Below are positions 20,341 to 34,193 of a stretch of 64,000 bases of DNA, one piece after another; positions within the stretch are counted from its first letter, which is position 1; the number at the start of each line of letters is the position of its first letter. The DNA comes from an uncultured Gemmatimonadales bacterium. Its GTDB lineage: Bacteria > Gemmatimonadota > Gemmatimonadetes > Gemmatimonadales > GWC2-71-9. Under the pieces are notes generated by a model, which did not search any database, was not told where the DNA came from, and worked only from the letters and a program-made list of their open reading frames with translations. The position numbers were made by a program, and so were the translations under genes. The stretch covers positions 341,509-405,508 of the forward strand of contig CAWJMT010000003.1 in assembly GCA_963844035.1 (NCBI GenBank), in the 5' to 3' direction.

Positions 20341-22467
20341 CTAGCGCAGCGCGGCGGTGGCGTGTTCCACGGCGTCGCGGGCCAGGTGGATGTGGCCCAC
20401 GAGGTCGCCCATCTCGCGGTCGGTGGTCGTCGCGTCCGCGTAGCGGATCGCCTCCAGGACCGAAGGATACGCCATCGTCGAGTAGCCGTTGTCGATGTCG
20501 GACGCGAACAGCAGGCTGCGAGACCACGGACGCCCGACGAGGCCCTGCGATCGGGTCAAGCGGCGCTCCACCTGCATCAGCCAGCGATTTGCCTGGGCGG
20601 TACGCGCGGGATCGACGCCGACGGCCAGCGCGCTGTCCCGCGCGATGTTGAACGCGTCGCCCGCGTAGGTGAAGTCCACCAGCGCCTGCCACAAGGCGGT
20701 GGTCGAGATGTTCCAGCGCCGCGCCGCGATCCCGACGTCGATCTGCGCGGCGAGCGACATCATTTCCATCCCGAACGCCTGATAGTCAAACGGCAGGATG
20801 TCGGCGTTCGCGAGCCGCGACAGCGCGATCGTGACGAGCTGGGACACCGCGCGGTGTTCCCGGTATCCGGGATCTCCGAACCGCGTCATCCACTCGTAGG
20901 AGTCGTACATCGAGTGGTAGACGCCGCTCGGACCTCCCAGGGCGAGCGTCCCGGAGGGCACCCCGATGTTGTGGCTGAACGGGCTGAAGTCGGAGCCGCC
21001 GCCGAGGTTTTCGAGCCGGAGGCCCAGCGTGTCGCCGCCGGCTCTGGCGAGCCATGCATCGTAGATTGTCCCAACGCCCCGGGGATCGGGGACCGCGCGG
21101 GTCACTTCGCGCAAGAAGGGCTTGATCGAGGGCGAGCCGGCGCCGGCGAAGCGTAGTCCGCTGGCGACGTCGTCTTCGTTGATGTACGCCACGACGTGCG
21201 TCCGAACAGAATCCTCCTGCTCCTCCACCCACTCGGTGGAGCCCATCAACCCCCACTCCTCGGCATCCCACGTGACGAACAGCAGCGTGCGCGCGGGTCG
21301 GATGCCGTCGCGTGCCAACTCGGCGAAGGCGCGGGCCGACTCGAGCACCGAAACCGTCCCGCTGACGTTGTCCGCGGCGCCAGGAGACCACGCATCGCGA
21401 TGGGCGCCCACGACGACCCATTCGTCGGGGTAGGTACTGCCGCGGATGATCGCGAAGGTATTCCAGATGGGATGGTACGCCAGCGCTCCGCGCTGCATCT
21501 TCACCCGAAGGCGGGCACGCGCCGGCCCCGGGCCGACGTGATAATGCAGCCCCATGCCGCCCTGCCATCCTTCCGGGGCGGACGGTCCTCCCAGTCTGGC
21601 GAAGATCCGTTCCGCGTTCCCGTAGCCGATTGGCAGCACCGGGATCCGCGGCAGGGCGAGCGACTCCACCGGGACGCGGGGCGCGCCGGCGACCGACGGG
21701 TAACCGGGCGTCGTCGGATCCCCGTTCCGGTTCAGGATGCTCCCGCGCTGAATCCCTCCGGCGGGCCGCATCGGTCCGCGCGGATAGATGTCGCCGTGGA
21801 AGTACCCATCGTCCTGCGGATCCGAATAGAGGATGAGCCCGATCGCGCCGCGGCGCTCAGCCTCGCGCGCCTTGATTCCCCGGAACGAATAGCCGTAGCG
21901 CGCGATCGCGATTCTGCCGCGGACGCTCACACCGAGCGAGTCGAGCATCCGGTAGTCCTTCTCGAGCCCGTAGTTCACGTTCACCACGGGGGCAGTCACG
22001 TCACCGTCGGCGCTGTAGGCGTTGAACGTTGGCACCTGGGGACCGAGGCTGGTCGGATCGCCCGCCACCGGCGGTTCGGCGAGCTTCAGGCGCTCGGCCG
22101 GCACACCGCGCTTCTGGTACACCCACGCCGCGACGATCTCGGGTTGCGGCAGGTACACCGAGTACTCCTTGACCCAGGTCTCGAGACCCCAGGACTGGAG
22201 CTTGCCGATCACGTAGTCGCGGGTGTCCGCCTGTGCATGCGTTCCCGCCATGTGGGGACGGGCGCTCAAGTCCCGCGTCATGAGGCGCGGGTTCGCTGTG
22301 TCGGCCAGCGCCAGCAGGCGCTGCTCGAGGGTCGCCTGAACCGCCGCCGAGGGAGGGGAAAACCCCATCTGCGCGCTTACCCGGCCGTACGGAATGGTCG
22401 CGAGGGCGATCAGCGCGGTCGCGCGGATGGCCAAGGGCGTCGGGATGCGGGTGGAGGCGGTGAGCAC
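20341..22467 (-). CDS. Secreted M28 peptidase, glutamate carboxypeptidase II-like (PA, M28 and TfR dimerisation domains)
   Basis: Signal peptide ending VSAQ, IARYG...RGIK, GAHRDAW, GAADNVSG, WDAEEWGLMGS and YHSMYD. Start chosen at GTG 22467, downstream of TAACTT. Confidence 0.9.
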   Translation of the reverse strand: MLTASTRIPTPLAIRATALIALATIPYGRVSAQMGFSPPSAAVQATLEQRLLALADTANPRLMTRDLSARPHMAGTHAQADTRDYVIGKLQSWGLETWVKEYSVYLPQPEIVAAWVYQKRGVPAERLKLAEPPVAGDPTSLGPQVPTFNAYSADGDVTAPVVNVNYGLEKDYRMLDSLGVSVRGRIAIARYGYSFRGIKAREAERRGAIGLILYSDPQDDGYFHGDIYPRGPMRPAGGIQRGSILNRNGDPTTPGYPSVAGAPRVPVESLALPRIPVLPIGYGNAERIFARLGGPSAPEGWQGGMGLHYHVGPGPARARLRVKMQRGALAYHPIWNTFAIIRGSTYPDEWVVVGAHRDAWSPGAADNVSGTVSVLESARAFAELARDGIRPARTLLFVTWDAEEWGLMGSTEWVEEQEDSVRTHVVAYINEDDVASGLRFAGAGSPSIKPFLREVTRAVPDPRGVGTIYDAWLARAGGDTLGLRLENLGGGSDFSPFSHNIGVPSGTLALGGPSGVYHSMYDSYEWMTRFGDPGYREHRAVSQLVTIALSRLANADILPFDYQAFGMEMMSLAAQIDVGIAARRWNISTTALWQALVDFTYAGDAFNIARDSALAVGVDPARTAQANRWLMQVERRLTRSQGLVGRPWSRSLLFASDIDNGYSTMAYPSVLEAIRYADATTTDREMGDLVGHIHLARDAVEHATAALR

Positions 22468-22575
22468 GTGGCGGCGCAAGTTAGCGGCCCATCACGACCC
22501 TCGGCTAGTGGAGCGGCGGGGGCCGGTTTGCGCCTGGCGCGACGCACCGCGAAATTGGAGCCAAGTGTCGACCTC

Positions 22576-24514
22576 ATGACCCTCCCGAACCTCACCCTGC
22601 CGTCGCCTGCCCCCGGTCGCTGGTCCAGTGTCCGCACCCTGCTTGTCGCGATGTTCACTATCGCGGCGCTCTACGGCGGCACACTGCCGGTATATCTGTT
22701 CTTCCGGATACGCGGAGCCGCGTCGGAGTTGGCGCAGGGCACCGAGGCGGTGGTGCCGCTGCTCGCCGACCTGGCTCGCCGTGTAGACCTGGTGGATCGC
22801 ACCCGGCACGCGACCGAGCGCGCCGTCGAACATCGAACACGCGCTCAGCCGGGCGCTGGTGGATAGCCTGAGGCAGCTCATGGAGAGCGACTCTGCCGTG
22901 GCACGGGCGCACCAGCTTCGGGGTGCTCCCTCCGCCCTGATCCGTGAGTTCGCCCGCGCCGATTCGCAGCTGTCCCAGACCGCCGCAGCGCTCACGGCCA
23001 CGGCGGCCCTGATTGAGGGCCGGCGGTGGTCTGCCGCGGCCGCGCACCTGCGGGTGATCGACTCACTCGATGCCGTCGCCGACCGGCAGGGCCTGCTGGT
23101 CGCGTCGATCGCGCGCCGTGACCTGCTGGCGCGGCAGCAGGCGGTCGAGGCGGTGACCGAGGAAGTGCTGCGCGACTCGGTTTCCTGGCTGGCGCTTGGC
23201 CTGGTGCTGCTGTGGCTCGGTGTGATCACCGTCCGCCGGAGGATTCTGCGCCCCCTGAGCGCGCTCGAGACCGGATTGGCGCGTGTGTCCGACGGAGAAC
23301 TGCACACGCAGGTGCGGGTCGAGGGTTCGGATGAGATCGGGCGGCTCGGGACGCATTTCAACGACATGACCCAGGTGCTGCTCGGCCGCGCCGAGGAGCA
23401 GGGACGCTTCACCGCGGCCGGCCAGCTGTTGGCGGACGTTGCGCACGAGGTCGGCAATCCCCTGATGGCGATCGCCGCACTGGCGGAGAGCCGCCTCGGC
23501 GATTCCGCCGTGCCTCCCGGCCAGCGGGACGAGATGCAGCAGATCCTCCAGCAGGCGCAACGGGCGACCAAGCTGCTGCGGGGCCTGCTCCGGTTTGTCC
23601 GTCCCACCCAGCGGCAGGTGAGCACACTCAACCTGAACGACGTGGTGCGCGGAGCACTCGACGTCGTCGCCTACCGCTTCGGGGTGGACGAGATCACGGT
23701 CGACAGCCGGCTCGATCCGGGTTTGCCATCCGTCCGCGGTGACGCGGGCGCGCTGGAGCAGATGGTCGTGAATCTGCTCTCGAACGCGATCGACGCGCTG
23801 CGGACCATCAAACCACCACGCAACCTCACCGTGACGACCTGGGAGGTGGCGGGCAACGTCGCGCTGTCCGTCGCGGACAATGGGCCCGGTGTCGCTCCCG
23901 CCCTCCGCAGCCGCCTGTTTCGCCCGTTCGCCAGCACCAAGGGGCGGCGCGGCGCCGGCCTCGGCCTCTATATCTCTCGCCAGATTCTGCGGGACGCCGG
24001 GGGCGACCTGGTGTTCCACGTCGGTCAGGGAGTGGAGACGCTGTTTGTGGCGACCCTCCCGGTCGCCGCCGCGGCGGAGCCGGCTCCGCCGAGTCCTGCC
24101 GCGCCGGCAGCGGCGGCGGCATTGCGGCGGCTCGCCGGAGTACGCATCCTGCTGGTCGACGATGAGGAAGTGGTGCGGCGTCCCATGGCCAGGTTCTTGA
24201 ACCGCAGGGGCGCCCAGGTCTTCGAGGCGGGGGATGGGATGCAGGCGCTCGCGCTGCTCGACGGCCAGCCGGTGGACGTCATCCTGGCCGATCTGCGGAT
24301 GCCGCGAATGAGCGGGATGGACCTGTTTGCGGCGCTGGAAACCGACCGGCCGCAGCTCGCCGCCCGGGTGCTGTTCTTGTCGGGGGACATATCCCAGCTC
24401 GGCGCGCCGGGCAGCACCCCGCTTCCGGAGGAGCGGGTCTTCGTGAAGCCGGTCGAGCTCGCCGAGCTGGAACGGCGGATCGCCGAGTTCGTGGCGTCGG
24501 GTCAGCCGACGTAG
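22576..24514 (+). CDS. Hybrid sensor histidine kinase (2 TM, HAMP, HisKA, HATPase, REC), frameshift near 22840
   Basis: DEIGRLGTHFNDM (HAMP), AHEVGNPL (H box), NLLSNAIDA, DNGPG, GAGLGL, LLVDDE...DLRMP...KP. Confidence 0.9.
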
Positions 24515-24553
24515 GTGGCACGCGGCCGGCCGCTGGGGTAGGATGGAGGAAGT

Positions 24554-24826
24554 ATGCTGATCGTCGTCGTGTTGCTCAGCACGGTCCTGCTGCGACTGGC
24601 GATAGTGGTGGCGGTCGTCTATCGGCTGCTGCCTCCCGGCCCGCTCTGTCCGCACTGCCGTGTCGAGATGGTTCCGATCCGGAATCGTTTCATCGACCGG
24701 CTGCTGCCGATCGTGCAACGGCGCTGGTGTCTCGAGTGCGGCTGGAATGGGATCGTGCGCCGCATCCGGGCCAAGCCCAGCCACACACCCGCGCCGCGCA
24801 GCACACCCCGCCCGACGCCCGAGTAA
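24554..24826 (+). CDS. Small membrane-anchored protein with a CxxC...CxxC zinc-ribbon-like motif
   Basis: GGAGG Shine-Dalgarno, N-terminal TM helix, CPHC...CLEC. Confidence 0.7.
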   Translation: MLIVVVLLSTVLLRLAIVVAVVYRLLPPGPLCPHCRVEMVPIRNRFIDRLLPIVQRRWCLECGWNGIVRRIRAKPSHTPAPRSTPRPTPE

Positions 24827-24865
24827 GTTTAGTTCCATTCGCGCCCACACTTCTCCGGAGCCCCC

Positions 24866-25544
24866 ATGCGCCGACGCGTAAGCTTCGTGCGCTCGTTGAT
24901 CGGCAAGAAGATCATCATGGCCGTGACCGGGCTGGTCCTGTTCCTGTTCGTCGTCGCTCACCTGCTCGGGAACCTCAAGGTGTTCGAGGGCCCGCAGAAG
25001 TTCGATGCCTATGCTGAGGGCCTGCGCACCGTTGGGGCGCCATTTTTCGGGCGCGCGCAGATCCTGTGGGGTCTGCGGGTCGCGCTCCTCCTGTCCGTGG
25101 CTGCACACCTCTGGGCGGCGCTGGCGGTCACCCGTGCGAGTTGGCAGGCACGCCCGGTGGGCTACCGCACTCTCGAAACCAGCGAGACGACCTATGCGGC
25201 GCGCAGCATGCGCTGGGGGGGCATCGTCATTGCCTGCTACGTCGTCTACCACCTGCTCGACCTCACGTTCGGCCCGGCCAACCCCAGCTTCATTCCCGGC
25301 GACGCCTATCACAATCTCGTCGCCAGCCTCGCGCGCGCCGCCCATTGCCGCCGCGTACGTCGTGGCTGTGGTCGCGGTCGCGCTCCACATCTATCACGGC
25401 CTCTGGAGCGCCCTGCAAACGTTGGGGGTGAACCGGCCGCCGACCTCGGGGTGGCGGCGCGGCGTTGCGGCCGCCGTCGCCGTCGCGATCGGCGGCGGCT
25501 ACATCGCGATCGCGGTCGCCGTGCTCGCGGGGGTGGTGCGGTGA
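24866..25544 (+). CDS. sdhC: Succinate dehydrogenase cytochrome b558 subunit, frameshift near 25331
   Basis: [10 protein letters not shown]...HLLGNL, YHLLDLT and [14 protein letters not shown]. Confidence 0.92.
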
Positions 25545-25546
25545 GC

Positions 25547-27460
25547 ATGAACCTGGACGCGAGGATCCCCGAGGGCCCGCTCGACGAGAAGTGGCGGCGG
25601 CACCGCGCGGCGGTGCGGCTGGTCGCTCCCGCGAACAAGCCCAAGTACCACGTCATCGTGGTCGGGTCGGGTCTCGCCGGTGCGTCCGCCGCCGCCTCGC
25701 TCGCCGAGCTCGGGTACCGGGTGTCCTGCTTTTGCTTTCAGGATTCGCCCCGGCGCGCGCACTCGATCGCCGCGCAGGGCGGCATCAATGCCGCCAAGAA
25801 CTACCAGAACGACGGCGACTCGGTGTTCCGTCTGTTCGCCGACACGATCAAGGGCGGCGATTTCCGCTCGCGCGAAGCCAATGTGTATCGCCTGGCGGAA
25901 ATCAGCGCGAGCATCATCGACCAGTGCGTGGGCCAGGGCGTGCCGTTCGCGCGGGAGTACGGCGGGCGTGCTGGCGAACCGCTCGTTTGGCGGCGTGCAG
26001 GTCTCACGCACGTTTTACGCTCGGGGCCAGACCGGCCAGCAGTTGCTGCTGGGCGCGTACCAGGCGCTGGAGCGGCAGATCGGGCGCGGCGCGGTAAAGA
26101 TGTACGCGCGGCATGAGATGCTCGATCTCGTGGTAGTGAACGGCGCGGCGCGCGGCATCATCGTGCGGGATCTCGTCACCGGGCGGCTCGACGCCCATGT
26201 GGCGGATGCCGTGGTCCTCGCCACGGGGGGCTACAGCAACATCTTCTATCTCTCGACCAACGCCAAGGGTTGCAACGTCACCGCCATCTGGCGCGCTCAC
26301 AAACGCGGGGCGGCGTTCGCCAACCCCTGCTTCACGCAGATTCACCCGACCTGTATCCCCGCGTCCGGCGAACACCAGTCGAAGCTCACGCTGATGAGCG
26401 AGTCGTTGCGCAACGACGGGCGGATCTGGGTGCCGCAGGGCCAGGGGGACGCGCGCCCCGCCGCGGAGATCCCCGAGGCGGAGCGGGACTACTTCCTCGA
26501 GCGGCTGTATCCGAGCTACGGCAACCTCGTGCCTCGCGACGTCGCATCGCGCCGCGCCAAGGACATGTGCGACCAGGGACGGGGCGTCGGTGCGGGCGGG
26601 CACGGCGTGTATCTCGATCTGAGCCGGGCGATCGAGCATAACGGCCGGGACGTGATCGCGGAGCGCTACGGCAACCTGTTCGACATGTACGAGCGAATCA
26701 CGGCGGAAGATCCGTTCCGGGTGCCGATGCGCATCTATCCCGCGCCCCACTACACGATGGGCGGCCTGTGGGTGGACTACAACCTGATGACCACCATCCG
26801 GGGGCTGTACGCCATCGGCGAGGCGAATTTCTCCGACCATGGCGCGAACCGGCTCGGGGCGAGCGCGCTGATGCAGGGTCTGGCCGACGGCTACTTCATT
26901 CTCCCCAACACCATCGGCGACTACCTCGCGCAGACGCGTCTCGAGCCGGTCGACGCGGCTCATGCCGCCGTGCGCGAGACGCAGCGCGAGGTGGACGCGC
27001 GCGTACAGCAGCTACTCGCCGTGCGCGGCCGGCGCAGCGCTGACCAGCTTCACCGCCAACTCGGCCGGGTGATGTGGGACCACTGTGGCATGTCCCGCAG
27101 CGCCGGCGGCCTGCGGGGCGCCGCCGAGCGGGTCGCCGCGCTACGCCGGGAGTTCTGGCAGGACCTCTGCGTCACCGGAAGCAGCGCCGACATGAACCAG
27201 GCGCTCGAGCACGCGGGCCGGGTGGCGGATTTCATGGAGTTCGCCGAGCTGATGTGCCAGGATGCGCTGCACCGCGAGGAATCGTGCGGCTGCCACTTCC
27301 GCGAGGAGTTCCAGACGCCCGAGGGGGAAGCCCGCCGCGACGACGCCCGGTTTGCCTACGTGGCGGCGTGGGCGTTCACCGGGGTGGGAAGCCCGGCCGA
27401 GCTCCACAAGGAGCCGCTCGCCTTTGAGGCCGTTCACCCTTCCGAACGGAGTTACAAGTA

Positions 27461-27461
<1 letters not shown>
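25547..27461 (+). CDS. sdhA: Succinate dehydrogenase/fumarate reductase flavoprotein, frameshift near 25965
   Basis: [41 protein letters not shown] and [10 protein letters not shown]. Confidence 0.95.
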
Positions 27462-29676
<2,215 letters not shown>

Positions 29677-29694
29677 GCACGGGCTCCGAACCGC

Positions 29695-31510
29695 TCAGTT
29701 CTTCCCTGTCGCGCCACCAGCCAGCCCTTGCCAGACTTTGGTCTGCTTGGCGGTGGGCGTGGCGGTACGCGACAGCGAGAACGACGTCGAGGTGTGCTCC
29801 TGCACCTTGGTGGTGAGCGCCACCGTTTGATTGCCGCGCCGTACCGTGATGGCGAGCGGCGCGCCCGCCTGGCCCTGATAGCGGCGGCGGAAGGCTCCGC
29901 TCCAATCGTCCGCGCCTTGCACATCGATGTCGCCGATCTTGAGCAGCACGTCCCCCGCGGCGACGCCCGCGAGCTGCGCCGCGCTGCCGGGCTCGACCAG
30001 CTCCACGACCCACCGGCCGTCATCCGAGGGTGGGGCCACGACGCCCATGAACGGCACGCTGGTGACGGTCTTGGCGACGCTGATCCCTGCCTTGGGAAAG
30101 ACCGTCTCGTACGGTAGCGGGTCCCGCCCGTTGATGTAGCGCTGATAGAAGTCGTCCACGTCGGGCATCCCGAACTCCCGCAGCAGTGCGAGCAGCTGCT
30201 CCGTCGTGAATCCCTTCCCCTTCTGATAGTGACGGGTATAGAGGGCGCGCATCACGTCGTCGAGGCTGTGGACGTTGTCGGTCGCATCGCGGATGCTGAT
30301 GTCGAGGAGCATGCCGGTGAGCGCGCCCTTCGGGTAGTACAATTGCGAGCTGTTGACGAATACCTCGTCGATCCACGTCGCCACACTCCCGTCTTCTTCG
30401 CTCCACGGCTCCGGCGCGTCCTCGACCTGCTGAATATCCGAAGTGGTGTTGTGGAGGAACGCTTCGTCGGACCAGATGCCCGACCGGAGATTCGTGATGT
30501 CGGCGTAGTAGTCGGTCACGCCTTCCGACCACCACAGCAGCGGGGTGTATTGCTCGGCCGCATAGTCGTAGGGCCACATCGTCGCGGGCCGCACGCGCTT
30601 CACGTTCCAGAGATGGAAATATTCGTGCGCCAGGAGCGGCGCCATGAAATCGCCCAGATTGCCCACCGGGTCCGCAAACGCCATCACCGGCATGATGTCG
30701 TACTGCGAGGCGCTGTGCTCCAGCCCGCCGCCGAAGCTGATCGGATCCCGAATGACGTTGAAGAACACGGTATAGGTGTCGTAGGGCGGGCCGCCCATCA
30801 GCCGGTCCTGCGTCTGGGCGATCTTGCTGAGCGCACTCCGCATGTTGCGCGCGACTGCGGGCGTATAGAAGTCCCCGGGCCAGAGCGCGATCCGGATCCA
30901 CTTCCCCTCGACCTTGATCGAGTCGACGCTGTATTTCCCCACGAACGTCTGGGCGTCCGCCAGCTCGTGATAGTCGGCGGCGGTATACACGCCCCCGCCC
31001 GATGCCTTGAGGGCGGTCGTCACCTGCCACCCGGCCGGGAGCGCAAAGCGCACCTCGGCCGCGCGATCGAGCTTGCCGGGCTCGTACAGGAACAGGTTGG
31101 TGCCCGAGGAACTGCCCGAAATCAGTGGTGAGCCGCGCCAGCGAGAGGTCGATCGTGTCGGCGAGATAGTCGAAGGTCACCGTCACGCGATCCTGGCTGC
31201 CCGTGGTCACGCGCCACGTCCGTTTGTCGGATCGGTCCCAGAACAACGTCTGACCGGATGACGTGGTCGCGGCAAAATGTCTGACGTAGCGGGCGTAGTT
31301 CTGGATCTCGTAGTTGCCGGGACTCCAGGCGGGGAGCGACACGTAGAGTGTGTCCTTGCCGCTGGTTGGGAACTCGGCCTTCACGTGAAAGAGGTGGGCG
31401 CTCGACGCCGCCACGGAGACCTCGTAGCGCACGGTCTGCGCTTCCAGGGGCACAGCGAGCACACCAACCAGCGAGACGGCGAGCGTGACAGGGGACCGAC
31501 CGAACCGCAT
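29695..31510 (-). CDS. Secreted M61 glycyl aminopeptidase with PDZ domain, frameshift near 31103
   Basis: Signal peptide, LPAWSPGNY, GGGLEH, AHEYFHLWNVKRVRP, WWSEGVTDYY, YYPKG and a C-terminal PDZ domain. Confidence 0.9.
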
Positions 31511-31590
31511 GATGGGCTCTCCTCATAATGCGCGCGGCTCCGACGGAACCGCCGGAGCCGCAGGTGGTTACTGCGCGGAGCCGCGCCGTG

Positions 31591-31905
31591 CTAGGGGCTG
31601 ACGCGTTCGCTCGCGTCCGCGACCATCGCGCGCAACTCCTTGCTGGGCTTGAAGACAGGGACCGGGCGGGCAGCAACCTCGACCGGATCACCAGTCCTCG
31701 GGTTGCGCGCCATGCGGGTCTTACGTTGGCGGATCTTGAACGTTCCAAACCCGCGTATCTCGATATTGTGCTGCTCGGCTAGGGCCGCCTTGATGGCGTC
31801 CAGAAACGAGTCCACGACCCGGGCGCAGTCCTTTTTGGAAATGAGGGGACCCGCCGTCCGGGCTATCTGCGCGGTGACCTTTTCGACGAGATCGGCCTTC
31901 GTCAT
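31591..31905 (-). CDS. HU/IHF-family DNA-binding protein
   Basis: MTKADLV, IEIRGFGTF, ARNPRTG and FKPSKEL. Confidence 0.95.
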   Translation of the reverse strand: MTKADLVEKVTAQIARTAGPLISKKDCARVVDSFLDAIKAALAEQHNIEIRGFGTFKIRQRKTRMARNPRTGDPVEVAARPVPVFKPSKELRAMVADASERVSP

Positions 31906-31948
31906 CCACTCCCCCTGAAGGGCTCCAAGGGTACCCAAGCCGGGGGAC

Positions 31949-31977
31949 ATCATACGGGCTTACCTATTGAGTGTCAA
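31949..31977 (-). promoter_or_regulatory. Near-consensus sigma70 promoter of the HU/IHF gene
   Basis: TTGACA (31977-31972), 17-nt spacer, TATGAT (31954-31949); the -35 box lies inside the carA 3' end. Confidence 0.75.
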
Positions 31978-33044
31978 GAGCTTGGAGGAACTGGCGGAAG
32001 TGTCCCTGTGCGTCATGGGGGCCCGGCGACGCTTCAGGGTGATACTGAACCGCGAAAATAGGGTATTCCCGATGCCGCACCCCTTCGACTGTACCGTCAT
32101 TGAGGTTAAGGTGCGTCACCTCAAGAGCCTTCGCACCCGGCACGCCCGGCCGTGTCTCCCTGGACGGCGAATCCATGGTTCTGTGACGTGATAAGTACTT
32201 GCCCTGTAGAGAGATCGCGCACTGGATGGTTACCACCCCGGTGGCCATAGGGCAGCTTCACGGTCCGGCCTCCCAGCGCCAGCCCGAGCAGCTGGTGTCC
32301 CAGGCATATCCCAAAGATGGGGATCGTGCCATCGGCCAGGTTGCGGATGTTCTCGATGGCGTATCCCACCGCCGCGGGGTCACCCGGACCGTTCGAGAGG
32401 AAGATGCCGTTGGGCTCGAGCTCACGCACTCGCCCGGCCGGAGTCGCGGCCGGTACCACCGTAACCCGGCAGTCGTTCTCCAGGAATAACCGCAGGATGT
32501 TGCGCTTCATCCCGTAGTCGTAGGCGACCACGTGGTAGCGCGCGTTCGCTGGACCCTCGCTGTACTCCTTGTCGATGGTGGCACTGGTGGCCAGGTCGAG
32601 TCCATCCATCGACGGGCTTGCCGTCAGCGCCGCACGCGTCTCCGCCGTCGGCTCCACGCCGAGCGCCATGACGCCCCGCATCGCCCCACGCGAGCGGATA
32701 TGGCGCGTGACCTGGCGCGTGTCCACGTCGGCGATGATGGGCACCTGGGCCGCCGCAAGCCATTCCCCCAACGCTCCCGTCGCCCGCCAGTTGGAGGGGG
32801 TGCGGGACAGTTCGCGGACCACCACGCCGGCCACGCGCGGCCGGTCGGATTCGATGTCGTCCGGATTGATCCCGTAGTTGCCGATCATCGGCGCCGTCAT
32901 GACGACGAGCTGCCCGAGATAGGAGGGATCGGTGAAGACTTCCTGGTAGCCCGACAGGTTGGTTGTGAACACGACCTCGGCATACGCAGACTCAAACGGG
33001 AAGGGCGCGGTTCCGGGGAACCAGGCTCCATCCTCGAGGAGCAC
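31964..33044 (-). CDS. carA: Carbamoyl-phosphate synthase small subunit, frameshift near 32147
   Basis: LLEDG, EVVFTT...[31 protein letters not shown] and [10 protein letters not shown]. Confidence 0.95.
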
Positions 33045-33060
33045 GTAGGCCGGAAGCGGA

Positions 33061-33427
33061 TTACGGATTGGTCTTCGGGCTCGCCGGCTGGGGGGTGGGG
33101 GTCGCGGGCTCCGGAGAGGTCGGGAGCGGCAGGGGTTGCGCTCTGCACCGGTGCCGGCGCCTGGAGGCCGCCCTGCAGCACCGACGTTGGTGCCCGCGAG
33201 TGGGACGACATGATCGCCAGCGTCAGGGCGATCAGCAGGAAGACGGATGCGCAGTACCAGGTGACCTTGGTCAGCAGGGTGACCGCCTGCCGGCCGCCCA
33301 TGAACACGTCCGTCCCGCCGCCGCCGCCCAGCGAGGCCAGGCCACCGCCCTGCCCCGCCTGCAACAACACGGCGGCGGTCAGCAGGATGGAGTCGATCAC
33401 GAGCACGGCGAGCAAGAAGGTGTACAT
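33061..33427 (-). CDS. secG: Preprotein translocase subunit SecG, probable frameshift near 33125 in the Pro-rich tail
   Basis: [13 protein letters not shown]...LTKVT with 2 TM helices, following tpiA. The annotated frame runs into carA, while the alternative frame ends at TAA 33061. Confidence 0.9.
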
Positions 33428-33443
33428 GGCGGGTGGAAAGTAC

Positions 33444-34193
33444 TCAGGCGACGGGCGTCTGCACAAGCTGAGCCCAGGCGTCGGGATCGAGCGATGCGCC
33501 ACCCACCAGCACGCCATCCAGCTCCCGTTCGGCCAAGAGCTCCGCAATGTTCTTGAGGTTGACGCTGCCGCCGTACAGCACGCGGGTGCGGGCCGCGCCG
33601 TGGCCTGTAAGCCACGAGCGAATCTCCCGATGCACGGCACTCGCGTCCTGAGGCGTCGCGTTCCGTCCCGTCCCGATCGCCCAAACCGGCTCGTAGGCGA
33701 TGGTCACCTGATCGAGCGTTGCGCCGTCCATGCCGTCGAGCGCGCCCGCCAGCTGGCGCGTAACGACAGCGAGCGTCTGGCCTGCTTCCCGCTCGGCCAG
33801 CTTCTCGCCGACGCAGAGCATCGGCACGAGACCGCCGGCGAGCACCGCGGCCACCTTCTTGCGCGTGTCCGCATCGGTCTCGCCGAACACGTGGCGCCGC
33901 TCCGAGTGTCCGATCAGCGCCGCCTTGGCACCCGCCTGGGCCGCAATGGGCACCGAGATCGCCCCCGTGAACGCGCCCTTCGGCTCCCAGTACACGTCCT
34001 GCGCGCCAACGCGGGCGTCGGCCCGGTCGCTCGTTGCCCGGACCGCGGCTTCGATGGACACTGCTGGGGGGAAGAACCAGACCTCGCGGCCCGGCTGGGG
34101 CCGGTGCCGGGTGTGAAATGTCTCGAAGTAGCTGCGCGCGTCGCTGGGACCGAGATGCATCTTCCAGTTAGCGGCGAATAGGAGCGGCCTCAC
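33444..34193 (-). CDS. tpiA: Triosephosphate isomerase
   Basis: [23 protein letters not shown] and LYGGSV. Confidence 0.97.
   Translation of the reverse strand: MRPLLFAANWKMHLGPSDARSYFETFHTRHRPQPGREVWFFPPAVSIEAAVRATSDRADARVGAQDVYWEPKGAFTGAISVPIAAQAGAKAALIGHSERRHVFGETDADTRKKVAAVLAGGLVPMLCVGEKLAEREAGQTLAVVTRQLAGALDGMDGATLDQVTIAYEPVWAIGTGRNATPQDASAVHREIRSWLTGHGAARTRVLYGGSVNLKNIAELLAERELDGVLVGGASLDPDAWAQLVQTPVA

Noticed and set aside
31531..31586. GCGCGGCTCCG with two alternative complementary arms downstream of the HU gene
   Set aside because: No U tract and short GC-only pairing; could be chance or a simple stabilising hairpin.
32121..32170. Programmed frameshifting in carA, pgk, sdhA or nuo genes
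   Set aside because: No slippery heptamers or precedent; the number and context of breaks fit sequencing error.
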